In this document: positions 1 through 7,917 of the stretch, one piece after another | Layout of the letters: every line of letters starts with the position of its first letter | Numbering within the stretch: the stretch's first letter is position 1 | Source: a virus | Taxonomy: Duplodnaviria > Heunggongvirae > Uroviricota > Caudoviricetes | Direction: 5' to 3' (one strand) | Length of the DNA stretch: 17,650 nt | Virus record (IMG/VR): IMGVR_UViG_2540341031_000012 | Notes under the pieces: generated by a model | The model's input: only the letters and a program-made list of their open reading frames with translations | Database searches by the model: none | Told to the model about the DNA's origin: nothing | Translations under genes and position numbers: made by a program

Positions 1-483
1 ATGACGAAGAAAAAAGCACATAAACCTGGTTCAGCGACCATCGCGCTTAACAAGCGCGCCCGTCACGAATACTTTATCGAAGAAGAGTTCGAAGCGGGAC
101 TTGCCCTGCAAGGCTGGGAGGTTAAATCCCTGCGCGCAGGAAAAGCCAATATCAGCGACAGCTACGTCCTTCTGCGTGACGGAGAGGCATTTCTGTTTGG
201 CGCTAACATCACGCCAATGGCCGTGGCCTCCACGCATGTGGTGTGCGATCCTACCCGTACCCGCAAGTTACTTCTCAACCAACGCGAACTGGACTCATTG
301 TACGGTCGCGTCAATCGAGAAGGCTATACCGTAGTGGCGCTCTCCCTGTACTGGAAAAATGCCTGGTGCAAAGTGAAAATCGGCGTCGCCAAAGGTAAAA
401 AACAGCACGATAAACGTTCAGATATCAAAGAACGCGAATGGCAGGTGGATAAAGCACGTATCATGAAAAACGCCCACCGTTAA
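1..483 (+). CDS. smpB: SsrA-binding protein SmpB
   Basis: 160-aa ORF whose sequence ([28 protein letters not shown]...) I recognise as enterobacterial SmpB; it lies directly upstream of the tmRNA gene, the conserved smpB-ssrA arrangement. Confidence 0.95.
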
Positions 484-697
484 ACCTGCACTCCAATTAT
501 TGACCAGTTCCTCACCGCGCCTCCCTCTCCGGCGGCGCGAATGAACATCTTATTGGCTATCACATCCGACACAAATGTTGCCATCCCATTGCTTAATCGA
601 ATAAAAATCAGGCTACATGGGTGCTAAATCTTTAACGATAACGCCATTGAGGCTGGTCATGGCGCTCATAAATCTGGTATACTTACCTTTACACATT

Positions 698-1060
698 GGG
701 GCTGATTCTGGATTCGACGGGATTTGCGAAACCCAAGGTGCATGCCGAGGGGCGGTTGGCCTCGTAAAAAGCCGCAAAAAATAGTCGCAAACGACGAAAA
801 CTACGCTTTAGCAGCTTAATAACCTGCTTAGAGCCCTCTCTCCCTAGCCTCCGCTCTTAGGACGGGGATCAAGAGAGGTCAAACCCAAAAGAGATCGCGT
901 GGAAGCCCTGCCTGGGGTTGAAGCGTTAAAACTTAATCAGGCTAGTTTGTTAGTGGCGTGTCCGTCCGCAGCTGGCAAGCGAATGTAAAGACTGACTAAG
1001 CATGTAGTACCGAGGATGTAGGAATTTCGGACGCGGGTTCAACTCCCGCCAGCTCCACCA
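698..1060 (+). ncRNA. ssrA: tmRNA (transfer-messenger RNA, SsrA), 363 nt
   Basis: Starts GGGGCTGATTCTGGATTCGACGGG and ends ...GGTTCAACTCCCGCCAGCTCCACCA; contains the tag-reading-frame region (GCAAACGACGAAAACTACGCTTTAGCAGCTTAA). Matches E. coli-type ssrA as I recall it. Confidence 0.95.
1037..1060 (+). other. attL core: 3' end of ssrA used as integration site
   Basis: A P4-family integrase gene follows immediately, and an imperfect copy of this 3' ssrA segment recurs at 11934-11955. ssrA is a known target of P4-type integrases. Exact core limits are not determinable by eye. Confidence 0.45.
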
Positions 1061-1095
1061 CTTACTCTTCCGGATACGTCCGGACAAATCCTGAA

Positions 1096-1128
1096 AGCCC
1101 GCATGGCACAAGCCCTGCGGGCTTTTTT
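1096..1128 (+). terminator. Rho-independent terminator downstream of ssrA
   Basis: 8-bp perfect stem AGCCCGCA / TGCGGGCT with a 12-nt loop, followed by a T6 run. Confidence 0.6.
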
Positions 1129-1172
1129 GTGTCTACTGTTGTCCGAGGATATCCAGCTAAATCCAGTGATTA

Positions 1173-1224
1173 TTGGTATACGTTTAGGTATACGGTAGGA
1201 TGTATACCTAAAGGCGTATACCAA
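1173..1224. repeat. Left-arm repeat cluster: 4 copies of a GGTATAC-containing ~10-bp motif forming an imperfect palindrome; putative Int arm-type sites or int operator
   Basis: TTGGTATACG (1173-1182) and AGGTATACGG (1186-1195) are direct; TGTATACCT (1201-1209) and GCGTATACCAA (1214-1224) are inverted. A near-identical 23-bp copy sits at the other end of the element (11859-11881). Confidence 0.45.
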
Positions 1225-1244
1225 TTCATGAAGGAGCGGCCAAA

Positions 1245-2465
1245 GTGGCAAGAACGACACGCCCCCTGAGCAACACAGAAGTTCTGCGCGCTAAAGCGTT
1301 AGAAAAGGATCTAACGTTGCATGATGGCGATGGTCTTTTTCTGCTCGTTAAAACGAACGGTAAGAAGTTATGGCGTTTCCGTTATCAACGTCCAGCAACA
1401 AAGCAGCGAACAATGATAGGGCTAGGTGCCTTCCCCGCCCTTTCACTTGCTGATGCCCGACGGTTAAGAGCGGATTATCTTTCCTTGTTAGCCAACGGAA
1501 TTGACCCGCAAATTCAAGCTGAAATTGCAGAGGAACAGCAGCAAATCGCACTAGACAGTATTTTTTCAACGGTCGCCACTAACTGGTTCCAGCTTAAAAG
1601 CAAAAGCGTTACCCATGATTACGCGAAAGACATTTGGCGTTCACTAGAAAAAGATGTATTCCCTGCCATCGGTGAGATCCCTGTTCAGCAAATCAAAGCC
1701 CGAACACTTGTTGAAGCCCTTGAGCCAATCAAAGCTCGTGGGGCGCTAGAGACCCTTCGTCGTCTGGTGCAGCGCATTAACGAGATAATGATTTATGCCG
1801 TAAACACTGGTCTGATTGATGCAAATCCAGCATCTGGTATTGGGATGGCTTTTGAGAAACCTAAAAAGCAAAACATGCCGACGCTCCGGCCAGAGGAATT
1901 ATCGAAGCTGATGCGTTCTTTGATTATGTCTAATCTGTCTGTTCCGACTCGCTGTCTAATTGAATGGCAACTCCTGACCATGGTGCGCCCTTCTGAGGCC
2001 TCCGGTGCTCGGTGGGCAGAGTTCGATCTCGATTCAAAGTTCTGGACGATTCCAGCAGAACGGATGAAGGCCAAGCGTGAGCACATTGTTCCTCTGTCTC
2101 CACAGGCATTAGAAATTCTGAAAGTAATGAAACCAATCAGTGCTCATCGTGAACATGTTTTTCCCAGTAGAAATGCCCCTAAACAGTCAATGAATAGCCA
2201 AACTGCTAATGCAGCACTCAAACGCATTGGTTATGGAGGGAAATTAGTTGCTCATGGGTTACGATCCATCGCAAGTACTGCGCTCAATGAAGCCGGATTT
2301 AATCCTGATGTAATTGAAGCAGCACTTGCTCACTGTGATAAGAATGAAGTTCGAAGAGCATATAATCGATCCATTTATCTAGAGCAACGCATTACATTGA
2401 TGGAATGGTGGGGTAATTATGTTCATAATCAAAAACTCATATCGTACAGTTTAAATCATTGCTAA
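1245..2465 (+). CDS. int: P4-family tyrosine integrase, ssrA-specific (CP4-57 IntA-like)
   Basis: 406-aa ORF with GTG start and an AAGGAG RBS 8 nt upstream. N-terminus MARTTRPLSNTEVLRAKA...DGDGLFLLVKTNGKKLWRFRY and the C-terminal ...HGLRSIASTALNEAGF...AALAH...VRRAYNRS catalytic region are typical of P4-type integrases. Located right next to the ssrA 3' end. Confidence 0.9.
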   Translation: MARTTRPLSNTEVLRAKALEKDLTLHDGDGLFLLVKTNGKKLWRFRYQRPATKQRTMIGLGAFPALSLADARRLRADYLSLLANGIDPQIQAEIAEEQQQIALDSIFSTVATNWFQLKSKSVTHDYAKDIWRSLEKDVFPAIGEIPVQQIKARTLVEALEPIKARGALETLRRLVQRINEIMIYAVNTGLIDANPASGIGMAFEKPKKQNMPTLRPEELSKLMRSLIMSNLSVPTRCLIEWQLLTMVRPSEASGARWAEFDLDSKFWTIPAERMKAKREHIVPLSPQALEILKVMKPISAHREHVFPSRNAPKQSMNSQTANAALKRIGYGGKLVAHGLRSIASTALNEAGFNPDVIEAALAHCDKNEVRRAYNRSIYLEQRITLMEWWGNYVHNQKLISYSLNHC

Positions 2466-2521
2466 AAAACATCATTCAAATACACAGAAACGAAATAAAA
2501 ACTGCACAATGTTAACTTTTC

Positions 2522-2548
2522 AAAGATGGCTCAATAAGAGCCATCTTT
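2522..2548. terminator. Bidirectional terminator between convergent int and the cargo cassette
   Basis: 11-bp perfect stem AAAGATGGCTC / GAGCCATCTTT with loop AATAA, flanked by T-rich sequence on both strands. Lies between the int stop (2465) and the minus-strand ORF ending at 2553. Confidence 0.55.
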
Positions 2549-2552
2549 AATT

Positions 2553-2771
2553 TTAACGTTTAGTCACTGTTATGCTCGTGCTGAAAGGAGGATATGCTGA
2601 AGTTGAATGCACTTCATCATAAACTGCTACCACATTACCACTTTCATCTAATTGATGATAAACATACTCATCATTATCGCGTCCTCTTTTTAATCCTTTC
2701 CACTCCATTGATACTTGTTCAATAGTATGGTTATCTGGAATTGAAAATTTCTTTCTAACATTATCTGACAT
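2553..2771 (-). CDS. Hypothetical small protein (72 aa), downstream partner in the two-gene cargo cassette
   Basis: An open 72-codon frame in very AT-rich DNA, where stops are frequent. Starts 13 nt after the stop of the upstream 435-aa gene on the same strand. No family recognised. Confidence 0.5.
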   Translation of the reverse strand: MSDNVRKKFSIPDNHTIEQVSMEWKGLKRGRDNDEYVYHQLDESGNVVAVYDEVHSTSAYPPFSTSITVTKR

Positions 2772-2784
2772 AATTAAAGCCCTT

Positions 2785-4092
2785 TCATTTTTGTCTAATT
2801 AAAATATCTTTAACATTCGACCATTCATTTAACAAACCAATATTCACATTACCATCTGCAACTCTCACATTAATAACCTCCGGTCTTAAGCCTGATAATT
2901 CATGAAGAAGCCTTGAGCTTTCAATAGAAAATGCTTTGAGAGAGTTAAATCCAATTATCACCCGATTAAAATACTGCTCACTTATTCGCTGAACACCTAA
3001 AGTCAAATCATTTGGATCCAAACATATCTGTATTGCGAATTGCCCATCCATTATGAACACAGCGTGTACATTATTTTTAAGAAACTCAGCTCTAACTTCT
3101 TGAAGATCAGTTAAAATATAAATTAAAACATCATTCTGCAAAAAAGCAACCAACGCCTCTTTTTCTAGGGACAAAGTAAAAGGATATGCAGTCCCCCAAC
3201 TTTCCTCAGGAGTAAGCGAGTGTATTAGTGTCGACTCCCCAATATCTATACCAATACAATTTTCCATTGCGTTTTCTAGTTGCTTTTTAGGCAAGTCAGT
3301 TCTTACACAAAAATAAACAAGCCCCCTTTCAACCTCTTTACTAGCATATCCATCAATGAGGGATTGTTTTATTAAGAAGTTGATATCCTCATAAAAGGTA
3401 ATTTCTTCACCTTTATTTTCAACCCTATATGCATCCAATCCATTTTTGAAAGAAGGTGCATAGTCATTTCTATAAAACTCTGATAACTTATGCAATTCAA
3501 CCAATTGTCTGCTAACTCTTGCCCTAGGTTTTTTTTGCATTTTTCTCTTTACCTCAATAGGGACAGGATCACTCATTCCTAACGCACAAACATCCCCATG
3601 ACGTATGACATTAGTAATATCACACAAAACCACTGGAATATTGCATCGCAGCCCCATTTTGAAAACCTTCCACTCTTGCCTGAACCCCTCTTTTCCTGAA
3701 ATAAAACCTGCATCTTCCTTTACATTATAGTCATCATCATAATATAGAACTTTCAAATTAGAGTTCGGAACATAAATATTTGCAATGCCATCCCCGAAAA
3801 ATCGCCACGTGACTATCAATTCTTTCCTAGCACTCAGCCTAGAATCTATTTTTTTAAGAATTTCCTTTATACCTTTTGACTCTACCTTATTTAACCTCCC
3901 ACTTCCTTTTATTTTCTTTAAGCGCGCACGTGCTTTCTTAAGTCGGTGTATTCTCTTTTCTTCCTTAACTATTTTTCGTATTAAGAACTTATGAAACTCA
4001 AGCAATAAATAATAATTACCCGGTTCTTTTTTTAAATCACTTATAAACCTTGATGCTTCAACAAAACCACATTGATATTGAGGAAAACGCAT
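2785..4092 (-). CDS. Hypothetical protein (435 aa), large component of the cargo cassette; candidate defence or toxin effector
   Basis: Long ORF in visibly AT-rich DNA with a lysine/arginine-rich N-terminal segment. It occupies the psu-cos-int slot. I recognise no Walker, HEPN or other clear catalytic motif. Confidence 0.7.
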   Translation of the reverse strand: MRFPQYQCGFVEASRFISDLKKEPGNYYLLLEFHKFLIRKIVKEEKRIHRLKKARARLKKIKGSGRLNKVESKGIKEILKKIDSRLSARKELIVTWRFFGDGIANIYVPNSNLKVLYYDDDYNVKEDAGFISGKEGFRQEWKVFKMGLRCNIPVVLCDITNVIRHGDVCALGMSDPVPIEVKRKMQKKPRARVSRQLVELHKLSEFYRNDYAPSFKNGLDAYRVENKGEEITFYEDINFLIKQSLIDGYASKEVERGLVYFCVRTDLPKKQLENAMENCIGIDIGESTLIHSLTPEESWGTAYPFTLSLEKEALVAFLQNDVLIYILTDLQEVRAEFLKNNVHAVFIMDGQFAIQICLDPNDLTLGVQRISEQYFNRVIIGFNSLKAFSIESSRLLHELSGLRPEVINVRVADGNVNIGLLNEWSNVKDILIRQK

Positions 4093-4442
4093 GAGCCACC
4101 CCGTTACATTTCACTGATAATCATAGAAAAACTCATAGTGAGGTGCAGGTCAAGCAACAATTTTGAAAATTGCGTAGTTCCCCCTCATAATTTACTTATT
4201 GGGTTTTTATATACACTTAAGATAAAAAAATCTCAGCTAAATTCGTAGATCGTTTCTGATTCAGATGCATTGGCAGTTTATGGTCACCACAGGAAAGAAT
4301 ACTTCAGGTTAATATCTATAACCGAAGTGAGCGGTTTCAGAAGCAACAGAATCGGCATCATACCCACTATCCCCCCCCCTACTCAGCTCTGTGATACGTT
4401 CAGGCCGTAAAAAAATAAATAAACAGTTAATGCATGCGCGCG

Positions 4443-4461
4443 GTGCTTTCCCCGCCTCGCC
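4443..4461. other. cos site: 19-nt cohesive-end sequence of P2/P4-type phages
   Basis: GTGCTTTCCCCGCCTCGCC is the reverse complement of GGCGAGGCGGGGAAAGCAC, which I recall as the P2/P4 cohesive end. It lies in a GC-rich stretch between psu and the cargo cassette, where P4 carries cos. Confidence 0.6.
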
Positions 4462-4562
4462 CGCCCGCTTTGCAGGGCGGTTTTAATGCAGTTGCACAGT
4501 CACGCTCAGGCCGCGCCGGGAATGGCGCGGTCTGCAGAAAATGAGGCAGGGAAACGCATGCA

Positions 4563-4595
4563 AAGCCATGCACCTTATCGATGCATGGCTTTTTT
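4563..4595. terminator. Strong hairpin with T-run just downstream of psu
   Basis: 10-bp perfect stem AAGCCATGCA / TGCATGGCTT with a 9-nt loop, followed by T5 on the plus strand and preceded by an A-run (a U-run on the minus strand is weaker). Could terminate psu-operon or cos-region transcripts. Confidence 0.45.
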
Positions 4596-4625
4596 CAGTA
4601 AAAACGGGCGGATTTTCGGGGAATT

Positions 4626-5198
4626 TTACACAGACTGACGTGATGCCAGTTGCGCACTTTTACGCGAAAAAATCATGTTCTGCGCAGGGGTGAATTTTTC
4701 ACGGCTGTCATCCACCGAAGCCGCGTCAGGCCTGAATCCGATGGTCGTTAAAATGTCGCTATCCTGTGCGGAATAATTAATTTTTTCCCCCTTCGCAAGC
4801 CAGGACAGGAGGGCTTCACGCAGGGCATCTGTGGCACGCTGTATGGCACAGTTTCGGGCAATGGCCGTCAGCTCACTGTAGCCCATCAGCTCCGGTGCCA
4901 GTGCGGCCGCCAGTACTGTGCCGTGCTGCTGCATAAAATCATTCAGCCGGTCGCGGATGCTGATGTGCTGAACGGCTTCATGCGAACGAATATAACGACT
5001 GGCGGCCTGATTCACCTGCCATTTTCTGACTTCGATAATATTGCGTAATTCGTCCAGGCGACTGACGTTTCTGCCTTCTCCTGACAGAAGCCGCAGGTAT
5101 TCCTGTTCGGCCGCTGCCAGCTCATTTTTGCGTTGCAGCCATGCTGCTTTGTTATTCTGACAGGTGTCAAAGGCCTGCTGTAAGGCTGTGCTTTCCAT
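4626..5198 (-). CDS. psu: Polarity suppression protein Psu (capsid decoration, Rho antagonist)
   Basis: 190 aa, the length of P4 Psu; the sequence (MESTALQQAFDTCQNNKAAWLQRK...) matches what I recall of it. Position is the end of the sid-delta-psu operon. Confidence 0.9.
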   Translation of the reverse strand: MESTALQQAFDTCQNNKAAWLQRKNELAAAEQEYLRLLSGEGRNVSRLDELRNIIEVRKWQVNQAASRYIRSHEAVQHISIRDRLNDFMQQHGTVLAAALAPELMGYSELTAIARNCAIQRATDALREALLSWLAKGEKINYSAQDSDILTTIGFRPDAASVDDSREKFTPAQNMIFSRKSAQLASRQSV

Positions 5199-5271
5199 CG
5201 TTATCTCTTTCTCATCATGCTGAAGAATAAAAATACGGTGTGCGGCGACGGCCGGTGTTAACCGGCAGCCC

Positions 5272-5772
5272 TCATTCCAGACGCAGCGAATATGATTGTG
5301 TTTTTAACCGTACTGGCGGCAGTTCCTGTTTTTCATGCAGGCATTCTGCCAGTTCGTCCGGTGTGACCGGGCGGACAATGAAGCGGTTGATGGTCTGAAG
5401 CGTTTTAAACACCAGACCACAGCCCGGATCCGTGCACACATAAAAACGTTCGGTGACTTCCTGAGACAGACGCCGCGATGTTCTTGACAGTGCAAGGCCT
5501 TTACATCTCCGACAACAATATCCGGTAACAAGCATTCTTTTCGGGCGCTTCATGCTACCGGAGGCTGACGTCAGTGAATCGCGGTATCTCTGTTTGCCTG
5601 AAATGTATTCCATTCCTGAATCTTTACAGTCAGAGAAAAAGCTTTCACTCGCTTCAAATGTCGCAGAGCAATAAATATTCCGGCACTGTGCAATCATTAT
5701 CTTGGTGCCATCGTCCATGAAATGTGCGCGACGGGTGTGAGCAACATGTCCACACGACGGGCAGTAAATCAT
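5272..5772 (-). CDS. delta: Delta, Ogr-family zinc-finger late transcription activator (tandem Ogr-like domains)
   Basis: 166 aa with two Cys4 clusters (CPSCGH...CRNIYC and CRRCKG...CTDPGCG), as in P4 Delta. The start overlaps the sid stop by 4 nt (ATGA). Confidence 0.9.
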   Translation of the reverse strand: MIYCPSCGHVAHTRRAHFMDDGTKIMIAQCRNIYCSATFEASESFFSDCKDSGMEYISGKQRYRDSLTSASGSMKRPKRMLVTGYCCRRCKGLALSRTSRRLSQEVTERFYVCTDPGCGLVFKTLQTINRFIVRPVTPDELAECLHEKQELPPVRLKTQSYSLRLE

Positions 5773-6503
5773 GACAGCAGTCCTCTGGCCTTAAGCTCTG
5801 CTCCCTGCTGGTCTATTTTGTCCTGCCACACCTTGCGCTGTGCCGGTGTGCCTGCCACCTCATAATCCATGTGCGGGAGTGTTGCCGCTGACAGTCCGGT
5901 CAGCCGGAGAACCGGCTCGCCGGTGAGGCTGATTTGCATCTGTTTTATTTTCTGTTCCAGCGATGATTTCACCTGCTGCATGACAGCTTTATCGGGTGCG
6001 ACGTAGCCCTGATGCCCGGTGGTGTTGGCGAGCGGATTTTCCTGTACCAGAATGCTCAGATGCATTGCCCGGACAAGCGCCTCACAGGTTTCATTCAGGG
6101 CGTGTTCCAGCTCATGCTCTGCATACAGACTCAGAAGGTGATGATGTGCCTTCCGGTAGGCGGTGGCCGTGCTGTCACACGCCCCTTTCAGGCGTTCACG
6201 TTCGAAATTCAGCACCACGGCCAGATTGTCATATTCCTGTACCAGCTCCCGGCGTGCCACGCGCTCAATGTGGCGCTGTTTCAGCTCGTCGCTCAGGACA
6301 CCACCGGCTGCACGAAAGGCCGTGCGCCAGTCGTCAGCGTCGTTTCCGTCGGCCTGCGTCAGCGCATTTTTTTCCTGCTTTGCCCGTTCAATGGCCGTGA
6401 CGGTCTCATCCATCAGGCGGGCGTTCTCAAGGTGGGCGGCTCTGGCCTTTTCCAGTTGTGCCAGTGCGGGTTGCAGATATTCAGGGATGGTGTTGTCAGA
6501 CAT
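5769..6503 (-). CDS. sid: Sid, capsid size-determination external scaffold protein
   Basis: The ORF track extends to 6569, but the internal Met (MSDNTIPEYLQPALAQLEKARAAH...) gives 244 aa, the P4 Sid length, and has a GAGGAG RBS about 8 nt upstream. Confidence 0.85.
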   Translation of the reverse strand: MSDNTIPEYLQPALAQLEKARAAHLENARLMDETVTAIERAKQEKNALTQADGNDADDWRTAFRAAGGVLSDELKQRHIERVARRELVQEYDNLAVVLNFERERLKGACDSTATAYRKAHHHLLSLYAEHELEHALNETCEALVRAMHLSILVQENPLANTTGHQGYVAPDKAVMQQVKSSLEQKIKQMQISLTGEPVLRLTGLSAATLPHMDYEVAGTPAQRKVWQDKIDQQGAELKARGLLS

Positions 6504-6575
6504 TTTCCGGCTCCTCGTCACTTCAGGTTGAGAAAATTGTGACGTACACCGGACAACAACACGACGCATTGCAGA

Positions 6576-6593
6576 TGTGCCAGCCCTGACACA
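6576..6593 (-). promoter_or_regulatory. Putative Delta/Ogr-binding dyad (TGT-N12-ACA) of the sid late promoter
   Basis: TGTGCCAGCCCTGACACA fits the TGT-N12-ACA activator site of P2/P4 late promoters, about 80 bp upstream of the sid start, consistent with a site centred near -55. Confidence 0.45.
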
Positions 6594-6672
6594 GGAGACT
6601 CATCCTCAGACCGGCAAGCCAGGAAAAGGTCGCAGGAAAAACCGGCTTACTGTTTGTTTTTTTATATTTTAC

Positions 6673-6776
6673 TGTTCACCTCTGTTCACCTTAAGAAAAA
6701 AGATAAGTAATACAGTAAGTTAAAGGGTGAACAATCGCAGTAATGACTGTTCACCGTCTGTTCACCACTGTTCACC
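6673..6776. repeat. Iteron cluster: six copies of TGTTCACC (five direct, one inverted); ori-like alpha-binding site
   Basis: TGTTCACC at 6673, 6683, 6748, 6759 and 6769, plus GGTGAACA at 6726. This octamer is the type I iteron bound by P4 alpha at ori1 and crr. Confidence 0.6.
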
Positions 6777-6934
6777 CGCTCATGGACTTTTTGTGCTGTT
6801 TACTACTGTTTATTTTTATTAATTCACTGAAATAAATAAGAAAAAACAATTTGTATTTCACTATAAAAAATTCCAAGTCCTTCAGAACCCTTTGAGACCC
6901 TTCCAGTCCGGATGAATAAAAAATATACAGTCAT

Positions 6935-6952
6935 TGTAAGGCAGCCTGAACA
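6935..6952 (+). promoter_or_regulatory. Putative Delta/Ogr-binding dyad (TGT-N12-ACA) of the rightward late promoter
   Basis: TGTAAGGCAGCCTGAACA, about 100 bp upstream of the AlpA/Vis-like gene and divergent from the sid promoter dyad. Confidence 0.4.
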
Positions 6953-7054
6953 AATCCCCCCTGTTGCGTCTGCCAAAAATATTCACAAAATAAAGCGCTA
7001 CCCGAAGCCGGACGGACTTATCCGGTGCTGTATGGACATTAACGAGGTAGCCCG

Positions 7055-7321
7055 ATGCAAGCTGTTTTTTCTTCCCCGTCTCCTGCCCCTGTGACGCCAC
7101 TGATGCCGCTGCCGGACATCACGCAGGAGCGTTTTTTACGTCTGCCGGAAGTGATGCACCTGTGCGGCCTGTCACGCTCGACCATCTATGAACTCATCCG
7201 TAAGGGGGAATTTCCGCCGCAGGTGAGCCTTGGCGGTAAAAATGTGGCCTGGCTGCACTCTGAAGTCACTGCATGGATGGCCGGGCGCATTGCCGGACGC
7301 AAACGGGGGTACGACGCATGA
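7055..7321 (+). CDS. alpA: AlpA/Vis-family DNA-binding regulator (excisionase-like)
   Basis: 88 aa containing the AlpA-type helix-turn-helix signature ([50 protein letters not shown]); GAGG RBS 6 nt upstream of the ATG. Confidence 0.75.
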   Translation: MQAVFSSPSPAPVTPLMPLPDITQERFLRLPEVMHLCGLSRSTIYELIRKGEFPPQVSLGGKNVAWLHSEVTAWMAGRIAGRKRGYDA

Positions 7322-7356
7322 TGATGCCCGCTCTGCAAAAAGTCCCTTTTTCTGGC

Positions 7357-7386
7357 TTGCCTTTTTCCGGCATTTGCGGATATAGT
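7357..7386 (+). promoter_or_regulatory. Putative sigma70 promoter feeding the immunity/early operon
   Basis: TTGCCT (7357-7362), an 18-nt spacer, then TATAGT (7381-7386); about 30 bp upstream of the seqA-like element. Confidence 0.35.
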
Positions 7387-7417
7387 TTTTCCGCTGCCGC
7401 AAAATCGGCAGCCGGGC

Positions 7418-7708
7418 GTGAGAACCCGAGCAATCTAACGGCGACATATGACGCGCCATGCGTCTTTTTTTGTGTCGCAATCAACGCCACAGAGCGCCAG
7501 ATTATGGTGTGGTGTGTGGTCAGTCGTGCAGATGGCACTCCGTGCATCCTGCCCGCGTCCGCTCATTATGCCGCAGAGTCAATGGTAGCTCAGGCGGGGC
7601 AGCCTCCGGGCTGGCCGGTATCCGTTAGAGCCGGTATTCTCACCCCCGTCTGGGCTATCGCCATCGAGCGTGAGAACTCCGGCGATAGCGTAACCTGCTA
7701 TCTAACGG
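7418..7708 (+). promoter_or_regulatory. P4-type RNA immunity region: seqA-like, seqB-like (within a putative CI RNA) and seqC-like elements
   Basis: seqA-like GTGAGAACCCGAGCAATCTAACGG (7418-7441) and seqC-like GTGAGAACTCCGGC...ATCTAACGG (7670-7708) are direct repeats. Both are complementary at each end to CCGTTAGAGCCGGTATTCTCAC (7622-7643). The order seqA, seqB, seqC matches P4. Confidence 0.5.
7450..7471 (+). terminator. Short hairpin with T7 run inside the immunity leader
   Basis: GACGC-GCCAT-GCGTC followed by TTTTTTT. The stem is only 5 bp, so this is a weak call. Confidence 0.3.
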
Positions 7709-7719
7709 AGGCTGCCATC

Positions 7720-7917
7720 ATGGCTACAACCCTTACCCCCTCATACCCTGAATTTGTCTTTGTGTTTGCCGCTGTCCGTCGCGCAGACCGCCATCCCCGT
7801 ATCTGTATGCTTCGCACCGTCGCCGGTGATGAACGCAGCGCCCGCCGTTCCCTTGTCCGTGACTATGTGCTCTCCCTTGCTGCCCGTCTGCCGGTTGTGG
7901 AGGTGTCCCGTGCGTAA
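7720..7917 (+). CDS. Hypothetical small protein (65 aa), first ORF after the immunity region (kil-like position)
   Basis: ATG at 7720 with a GGAGG RBS 8 nt upstream that overlaps the seqC-like element. It is the 3' part of the 214-aa track ORF, whose 5' part covers the immunity RNA region and is probably not coding. Confidence 0.3.
   Translation: MATTLTPSYPEFVFVFAAVRRADRHPRICMLRTVAGDERSARRSLVRDYVLSLAARLPVVEVSRA

Noticed and set aside
31..334. Track ORFs 31-237 (-) and 101-334 (+) overlapping smpB
   Set aside because: They lie entirely inside the well-supported smpB reading frame on alternative frames or the opposite strand; no independent support.
1039..1260. 73-aa minus-strand ORF spanning the ssrA 3' end, terminator and int promoter
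   Set aside because: It overlaps the tmRNA gene, the terminator hairpin and the arm-repeat cluster; this is non-coding regulatory DNA.
1348..2136. Minus-strand ORFs inside int (1348-1569, 1793-2086, 1930-2136)
   Set aside because: Antisense to a confidently identified integrase gene.
5996..6542. Three plus-strand ORFs (5996-6400, 6012-6542, 6163-6531) antisense to sid
   Set aside because: GC-rich antisense frames within sid, mutually overlapping, with Arg/Ser/Pro-rich low-complexity translations typical of spurious ORFs.
7172..7547. Minus-strand ORFs 7172-7480 and 7266-7547
   Set aside because: Antisense to the AlpA-like gene and the immunity region; no RBS support.
7273..7917. 214-aa plus-strand ORF as a single gene
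   Set aside because: Its 5' two-thirds covers the promoter, the seqA/seqB/seqC-like RNA elements and a terminator-like hairpin. Only the 3' portion from the ATG at 7720, which has a good RBS, is a plausible small gene.
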